A DNA stretch of 58,331 nucleotides, counting the filler, from Sphacelaria rigidula (lineage: Eukaryota), in the NCBI GenBank assembly GCA_964200075.2. It is 5 parts of 5 records of this genome, joined end to end, with 100 filler letters (N's around TTAATTAATTAA, not from the genome) between each part and the next. Parts side by side here need not be neighbours in the genome. Positions count along the whole stretch, not along the records: positions 46,747 to 58,331 come from CAXNAA020004744.1; 4 more parts are not named here. The stretch is one strand, 5' to 3'. The translations under genes and the position numbers were made by a program. Every line of letters starts with the position of its first letter. Position 1 is the first letter of the stretch. Positions 50,849-58,331 of this stretch are shown piece by piece. The notes below the pieces were generated by a model. The model was given only the letters and a program-made list of their open reading frames with translations. It did no database searches and was not told the origin of the DNA.

Positions 50849-51871
50849 TACAATTGCTATATTAACTCTGTACTTTGAATACTATCGGGCAGAAATCGGT
50901 TGACTCCTTCATGCCTCGATATTTTCGCCGTTCACATACATGCTTTCCACGCCCCGCCCCCCATTAACCTGTGACCAGTCCGTAGTCTCAAAGGGGAAAC
51001 CTATCTCTCCCCCTCACATGCGTGACTATCGATTATCGTGATTTGAAGAAGCTCCCCCCCAGCCCTGACTCTTTTTCAATTTTTGTTCAGCCACTCATGC
51101 CTTCCTCGTGCGTTCCACGACGGACACCAGATTCTGCATAAAACCACCATATCTGCCATGATTGGAAGCGACGAAATTCGTCCAAACTGGCCGTAGCGAT
51201 ACCAGCTTCACCACTGGGGCGCCGCGGTCAATCGTATATACATAAAGTAAAAGACTGGTATCCAGTATTGCAACGCACAGCATGTGCCGTGTGTCTTGAA
51301 GAGGGAGTGCATGCTGACCGTGTATATCATCTGTATACGTCTTGCTGTTCTATCTGATTGTTGGGACGCTTGCCCTGCCACATGTACCGCACAGTCCTAC
51401 CCAACCGGGCTTGGCTCGGAAGGACACATGCTGAGACACGGTATTGCCGTGAATATCAGCGATGACGTGTGGATTCAAGGTGGAGTGCAGTCGAAGCGCG
51501 TTCCAGAGGCTTCCGTACCTCAAGATATCCTCCAGGCTGCAGCCCAGAGGGTTGCCTTCGTACATCACATTGTCGACTGTGCCAGCACATAACTCGAGGA
51601 GGAGCAGCAGCTGTGTCGGACGATCGTCTATGCCGACGAGCTTGATCACACTCTGGTGGGCTTGGGCTCTGAATACGGGCTAGAATACGAATCTGTGCTC
51701 GACCAATTCGTATTCTCGCCCGTATTCAGAGCCCAAGCCCACCAGAGTGCGATCAAGCTCGTTGGCATAGATGATCGTCCGGCACAGCTGCTGCCTCATC
51801 GGGTTACGTGCGGGAACACTCGACGACGTCATGTACGGAAGCAACCCTCTGGGCTGCAGCCTGGAGGATAT

Positions 51872-52220
51872 AGAGAGCAGAACTCACAAGTTGCCAGGAT
51901 GTGCACTATACAAAGAGGAACGGGATGTGCTAGAGGGGGATATACGGGACGTGAACGAAGGTGGCGTGCAGTCATTTGATGCATCAGACAGTAGCGAAAA
52001 ACGATGGCTATACAAGGAGTAGATGGTGGCCACATACGGCGAGACACGACGGGGATGAGATAGGTAAAAGGTGTCTGTGTGGTGTATGGAGGATACGTGA
52101 TGAGCACCGAAGTGTTGGAGGTGTCTCTATTAGGAGTAGGAAGGGCGCTCCGTCTCGAACTTGATGCGTGATCTGTGGTCGAACGACCAAGGCAAGCAAC
52201 AAATGAGTACACCTCCCCTA
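51872..52220 (+). mobile_element. 5'-truncated LINE 3' end (RT C-terminal tail)
   Basis: ESRTHKLPGCALYKEERDVLE...SSEK, RWWP..., VGGVSIRSRKGAPSR..., ending AAGGCAAGCAACAAATGAGTACACCTCCCC. The same terminus occurs in the TSD-flanked insert at 8085-8118. Confidence 0.7.
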
Positions 52221-52433
52221 CCGCCCTACCCTCTCACCCCTTGACCCTTAACCCGTGACCAATCCGTAGTCTCAAAAGGAAGATCCATCCCTGCCCCTCA
52301 CATGCGTGACTATCGATTATCGTGAATTGCAGAAGCTCCCGTGCAGCCCTTGCTCCTCCTTGTCAAAGTTTGTTCGGCCACTCATGCCCTCCTCGTGCGT
52401 TCCACGACGGACACCAGATTCTGCATACAACCC

Positions 52434-52760
52434 CAAGCCGCCGCGCTCCGGTGGTGTAATGGTTCGACTGTCGCATTAGGGTGGAGAGAACGGGAGTTCG
52501 ATTCCCGATTCGTTGGGGGGGGGTTCGTAATGTATCATTTCCACGGTGGAAAGCGTGAGAACGTGAGTAGACAAAGTAGTCGATTGGGTTTGTCAAAGGT
52601 GAGTTGACGCGGTGCGGGAGTGCTGACCCCATCCACGAGACCAAAATGAAAGGCACGTACCTGGGGAAAGATGGGTTGATCCCTTGAGACCACGTACTCA
52701 TCCCGAGGAAGGGAAGAGGTTCGAAGTGTGAGGGGAAAACACACACACACACATACACAC
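52434..52760 (+). mobile_element. tRNA-derived SINE (second family) inserted in one copy of a duplication
   Basis: A box GGTGGTGTAATGG, B box GAGTTCGATTCCC and (CA)n tail. Absent at the homologous site of the other copy (CTGCATAAAACCACCATATCTG at ~51134-51155). Confidence 0.85.
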
Positions 52761-55700
52761 ACCATATCTGCCATGATTGGAAGCGACGAAATTCGTCCAA
52801 ACTGGCCGTAGCGATACCAGCTTCACCACTGGGGCGCCGCGGTCAATCGTATATACATAAAGTAAAAGACTGGTATCCAGTATTGCAACGCACAGCATGT
52901 GCCGTGTGTCTTGAAGAGGGAGTGCATGCTGACCGTGTATATCATCTGTATACGTCTTGCTGTTCTATCTGATTGTTGGGACGCTTGCCCTGCCACATGT
53001 ACCGCACAGTCCTACCCAACCGGGCTTGGCTCGGAAGGACACATGCTGAGACACGGTATTGCCGTGAATATCAGCGATGACGTGTGGATTCAAGGTGGAG
53101 TGCAGTCGAAGCGCGTTCCAGAGGCTTCCGTACCTCAAGATATCCTCCAGGCTGCAGCCCAGAGGGTTGCCTTCGTATATCACATCGTCGACTGTGCCAG
53201 CACATAACTCGAGGAGGAGCAGCAGCTGTGTCGGACGATCATCTATGCCGACGAGCTTGATCACACTCTGGTGGGCTTGGACTCTGCATGCGGGCGCGAA
53301 TACGAATTAGGTCGAGCACGGATTCATGGGTGCCCGAGGTAGCGGAGGATGGCATGATACATTGATGTTCAACTGTGGTGGAGTGTTGCCGTTTGACCAA
53401 GTGACCGAGAGGGGAAAAATCTGCTCTGCCAACCTCCTCCATGCTTAACATTCTCAAGCAGCGCCAGCAGAAATCCTTTTTTGGGCGGTCTTTCAGTCAC
53501 ATTCAAGAGGGAATACTAACAAATAAACGTGTCCATGACCCTACCATTACCGAGCGTAGACATGTACACACCCCTAAGTTGTGTTTGCATCAGCCGACGC
53601 TCAGGATAGGAGTACTTGGCACAAGAGACGCCGAACAAGGATGGTACTCCCCAGCCCATATTTGTTTCGCTGAAAAAATGAAATGGTATACACTCACAGG
53701 CTCGTTGCCAGCATCTCCACGGAAAGCGCGCGGAGGTCTGCCTCCTGCATATGATATACCGTGTATACCGTCCGAAGCGACGGATAGGCACAAGAAAGCA
53801 CCGTAACGTGGGGGTTCTCTTCGGTTTCGGAAATGACGATTAATATCTTATCACGCTGCAATAGGGAGCACGATGAAATCCACACCGCGATAGAATGCGA
53901 CCAGTATCCCAACGTGTTAGAATGTTTGCCTTGCTTGATTCGAACGAGACTCGACTTGACTCCACAAAAATTAGAAGGTGATCTCGACTACTGGATTAAT
54001 TTCCTTGTAGATGCGGCTTTCCCTGATTCGATACATCGTCCACATCTCGCAGATGCGGACCCCTCCCAATCCATTCGTGCTGAGGAAAGATATCGTTTCC
54101 CCGGGGCTACACGTGTATACCTAGAGAAGCAGAGAAATCATATCTTGATGATAGTGCTGCCAGTAATCCCTGGGGTGCACATTTCTGCAAGTTGTGTGGA
54201 GCTTGGACGAGTAGACGTGTCGCTCTCGAGCAACATATCTGCCCCATCTCTGATTCTCGTGCGTTAAAAATACACCCCGAGACAGCTTTATCGGCCGAAA
54301 TCTCTGCTCAACCGTTGAAACCTTGAGAATGTCTGACGTTGTGCGCAAGAAGTGGCCACCAGTGGTCAGGCCTGATCCACTTTGCGCACCAGTCCATGCA
54401 AAACGATGGCGATACTTGCAGGACATGTCGCAGGTTTGAGGAACGTCAGGCGTTCATACATGCAACGGTCCTGTCGGCTGCGCTATATCCTCAATGCATA
54501 TTAGTCCAACGTGTCGGAACGTTTGGAAATCGATTCACCTCGGTGCTGGTGCTCTTCTTGAGAGCATATCGCGTTCCCAATGTTCTATAAACCACCTTGC
54601 GGACCATGCCGAATGATCCATTACCCAGGTGGCCTTCGTCCTGCGCATCAGTGCACCAAGAACGTTCATCACCGCACGACCCACAACATCTTAGAAGTCA
54701 GAAAGCGTACCACATTGGTCCGTCATCATTACTGACCGATGGAGTCGAGAGAGAGAGAGAGAGACGCGCGGAGAAACGATCAAGCAAAAAAAAATGAATG
54801 TATAGATGAGACGAGGGCGAAGAAATAATACTGCTGCATCACCGCAATCAGGAGAAAGACAATGAAATGCCTTCCATCATGAAGCCTTGCTGTTGACTGT
54901 TTGGTCTCAACCGGCGGTGGGTGGCGGGGCAATGCACAAGGGTACAAACACAGCAGCAGTAACGTACGATGCAGGGCGACGACGATGACTTCGAAGCCGG
55001 TGAGCATCATTGGTTGACAGCCGGACGAGCCGAGCACAAAGAGAACAACAAAAAAAAACATTATTTGCAGGGTACCTGGGAATTCTGTACGTTGGAGCTT
55101 TGGGCGGTATCTCCATCATTATGCTTGTTTTTTTTCATGATAAGCTCGTGAAACAATGGGGCGTCGTAGACTGCTGCCGAGATAGCCCCCCCCAAAACCG
55201 GCCAAAAAAGTGCACGGGGGCGATACTTATAAATGTCGTTAGAGCTGGTTTCTTGCTGCCCGACGCGACTCATTTGGGCGTCATAGCTGATTTCGCACTG
55301 CTACACGCCTCTCATGTGGGCGAAGTTGCTGTAAACGAGCCCAACAGTGGAATCGCAGCCGGTTTGCCGGACGGTCTTCGGTGCACTTTTTGTAGGGGGG
55401 CTATCTCCGCATTATTCCGTACGTATAAGTAGTCAATACTGCAACATTTTTTCCCCATCTTGGTTTTGTTTTTGTGACGCTTTCAAGGGAGATGTTTGCA
55501 CCATGTTGGCAGGCTTTACCCGAACGTTTGCGAGCACGGAGGCGTTATGAACAGGATTAGGTCATGCTCAGAACACATTTGGCAACTTTGAGCTGTCGAG
55601 ACAATACGGAGTAACACCCCGTTCAGAGGGGAGGGGGGGGGGGGTGATACTCACCACATATGGTCCAAACCCAACACGTTTTTTCGGCTATGAACATCAA

Positions 55701-56342
55701 GAATATGCAATATTGGACCACATTCTTGTCGGTTATGACGATCCGGATGTATTCGGTCGAAAAAGCATAATGACAAGCGAGAACCTTGCGCTGCGCACTC
55801 GTAGAACTTCCGAAGACCGGATAACCCGCATGTCGTTCAAACTTCGCCGTAGAATATATTTTTGTTTCGGAATCTGTGTCGGGCGGGTACTCACCGTATA
55901 TCTCGATTTCGAAGTTCAGGGATCAACCAGCCTTGGTGAACGAAAATCTTGAAACAAATCGCTTGCAATCGAAACGAAAGAAGATGGTGACTCCTTAGCT
56001 TTGCCGACAAGAAAAATTGAACCCACATCTCACATCTGTCGGGTTCCAACTCCCCCTCTTCCGCCCAGTCCGGTTTCAGTTGTACCATTTGAGCATGCAC
56101 CACCGGGGCGCGGCGGTAATTGGGATAATTGTTTTCAGCTTTTCTGCTCACCAAGAGGTGTGAGGTTGAATGTTGAATCTAAGCTTTGGGAATCGAGAGG
56201 CAATACAGGTAATCTAGTACCCAGCCCGAGGGGTGGTAAATCCTTCAGTCCATCCACCTTCCCCTTCCTTCCTCGCCTTTTTGACCCTATAGAGGCATCC
56301 GAGACGCCGGCCGAAACCACTGTACGCTGTAGGCAACTTGGA

Positions 56343-56478
56343 AGCTCAGTTTGAGAGTTGTGCTTTGACATTTGATGTGAACAATTGCCAGGGCATAGAT
56401 GTCCTAACAGGTGTTTTTATTAGTATGCCCTTGATGTTCTCTCTTCTCATTTCAAAGCACAACTCTCAAACCTGAGCT
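56343..56478. repeat. ~135-bp hairpin / inverted repeat
   Basis: AGCTCAGTTTGAGAGTTGTGCTTTGA...AGGGCATA versus TATGCCCT...TCAAAGCACAACTCTCAAACCTGAGCT. Confidence 0.8.
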
Positions 56479-57095
56479 GCTAAATATCGCTTCAACGTAC
56501 CATGAGGTATTGGCGAAAAAAATACCCACCTTTAAAAAAAACGTCCTTAGCTCATGAAAACGAAATAACTCAATGTGCCGAATTCAGTTTCTTCATTTGC
56601 CCTTGGACTACATGCCAAATTTCGGAGTCCAACTCTCAGCACTGAGACCAACTTTAGTGGCAGTCACCAATCTTGATCTGTACGCAGATCGGGGGACCTA
56701 AAATCGGAAAACGCATTTCATGGACCCCATTCGGAATCGGGGCAGCGAAAATCGATATGTCACGACTTGAGAACGATTGTTGTCAGAAAAAGTTTAGATT
56801 CCCCCGATTTTGAGGAAGGTGACGTGCGTACATTCATATACGATGGTAGGGTAAAAACCAAGGGCGTTTGATAACTTTGCAACCGCAGCAGCAGCCAGTC
56901 TCGTGACATCGCATAGGGCATGCCTGCCAACGCCAGCTGCTAGAGCAGCTTCTCGCGGGGTTTGACAAGCGGATCCCAAGCGTTGACGCCGTACCCTGCG
57001 GCGATGGTAATATTTCATGCTGCACTGCGCTGCCGTCGGTATCTCCACAACGACCGGTACTCTACTATCCCACTCTGATGTCGCCGTATTTGCAG

Positions 57096-57172
57096 GGTGA
57101 TATGCGGTACTTCACAGCTGAACTCTTCTCGAGCACTGTTCACGGTTCTTGCAATACCGACTGTGCCATCAG
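57096..57172 (+). pseudogene. Possible kinase subdomain VIII exon fragment
   Basis: TTGCAG|GDMRYFTAELFSSTVHGSCNTDCAI-AG|GTACG resembles the GD-RY-APEL activation-segment end. Short match only. Confidence 0.35.
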
Positions 57173-58331
57173 GTACGACCACGCGGCATCATCTTGTACT
57201 GTGATGATGGAGTATCCTGCACTGCGTTACCCCGGGGTACCAACGTACGACACTGTACTCGAAGGATTGTTCACCGCCTGCCTGCTATCTGGCTTCACTA
57301 GTACGCGGTACCACCCTAATGCAGAAAATGACCATCCGCGTACACAACCATTTCACAAATCTACGAGACTATGAAACGGTCCCCCACGGATATGATTTTC
57401 ACAAATATGAGTCCCTCAGAGTTTCCACAAATAGGGGTCTCCACAGAATCGAGATTCGTAACCATAAAGTAGTTGGTCCAAGACACGAAATCCACATTTA
57501 GTGCGTTTAGTATCTCTCCTCGTAGTATCATATCTTTGGCAGAGGATACTAAAAACTTCACATCTGCATAGGTTCAGAGAACAAATTAGGTGAAGCTTAG
57601 GATATCGGTGGCTTCCTCGTGCCTTAGGGAATGTTGGCACCAAAACATGTAATAGCGCCATCCGCTCCAAACATCGTTTGGAGTCTCGTATAAACTTTAG
57701 TATCTAGATATGTCCCTTCACCTCTGATGGGAGATGCTTGACATTGGCATGGCGTTTGATCAACGAGAGATAATTTGATTGGGATATTGAGTAGATTGCC
57801 ATCTTCCCCTTGGTGAAACGATTAGTCAGATGTTCAGATCCCGACGTAACTCGTCTGCGTCGATGAGATATGGCTGTGACAGCTTCGCTCCGTTTTTAGG
57901 CTGGCCCAGCTCGCGGAAGCAGAACGAACGCCCCTACAAGCCACTGACATGAGCTGTAGGGGTTACTCAACCTACGCAGACAACTCGTTACAATAGGTAA
58001 AACGATCGTCTCCTACCCCCCCCCGTAGTGGGTGTGGTGTGACTTCCAGGAAACTCAAAAAACCGCTCCCACTGGTGTTTTCTATTTCTGCGTAAGTGTG
58101 ATCTTTCCGACTCGCGGTCAACCCGTCCCACTGTCTCGCGGGCAGTCAATGCACATCGTTGCTGCCAGTCCAGGTACGTGCTTCCAATATGTGAGCCAAC
58201 AACTGGTTTTAATGTCTGGCTACGTATGAGGGTATTTTCACTTACCTAGAGACTACCCAACAGCTGACACCCATGAGGCAGTGTGTTACCGGTGGCTGTC
58301 TCTGGAAGTGGCGATACCAGAAAATATAGCA

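Larger units (their letters stand above)
49685..54640 (-). pseudogene. Ser/Thr protein kinase gene fragments. Exons 54640-54539 (I-II), 53283-53134 and duplicate ~51673-51519 (IV-V), 49830-49685 (VIa-VII)
   Basis: AG/GT-bounded exons: DEGHLGNGSFGMVRKVVYRTLGTRYALKKSTSTE; VQAHQSVIKLVGIDDRPTQLLLLLELCAGTVDDVIYEGNPLGCSLEDILR; YTGEAAEDLDHMPQHNIVHVDVKAGNVFI...AEFADLGLAL. The subdomain III and VIII-XI exons were not identified with confidence. Pseudogene status is inferred. Confidence 0.75.

Overview
Eukaryotic, intron- and repeat-rich DNA, most consistent with a brown alga (stramenopile; inferred from exon/intron style and repeat families). The window is not one locus. It is five contigs of near-identical, descending length (11589, 11587, 11585, 11585, 11585 bp) joined by artificial 100-bp N-TTAATTAATTAA-N linkers, so no synteny should be read across the gaps. 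Contig 1 holds the 3' six exons of an ASNSD1-like gene, with a GC-AG intron and two TIR elements filled with tandem repeats in a 4.2-kb intron. Contig 2 holds the first two exons of a GLYK-type D-glycerate 3-kinase (minus strand), tRNA-derived SINEs, MITE-like elements and an RTE-like LINE 3' fragment. Contig 3 holds two tandem, decayed Ty1/copia retrotransposons sharing one LTR. Contig 4 holds an ~8.3-kb degenerate, intron-containing gene with the order Cys-rich N-terminus, Academ-type DDE transposase, XPG/PIN nuclease and Cys-rich C-terminus. This is an AcademX-like DNA transposon and the most notable item in the window. Contig 5 holds a fragmented protein kinase gene whose subdomain IV-V exon is present three times (tandem plus fold-back copy), next to a LINE 3' end and a SINE insertion.
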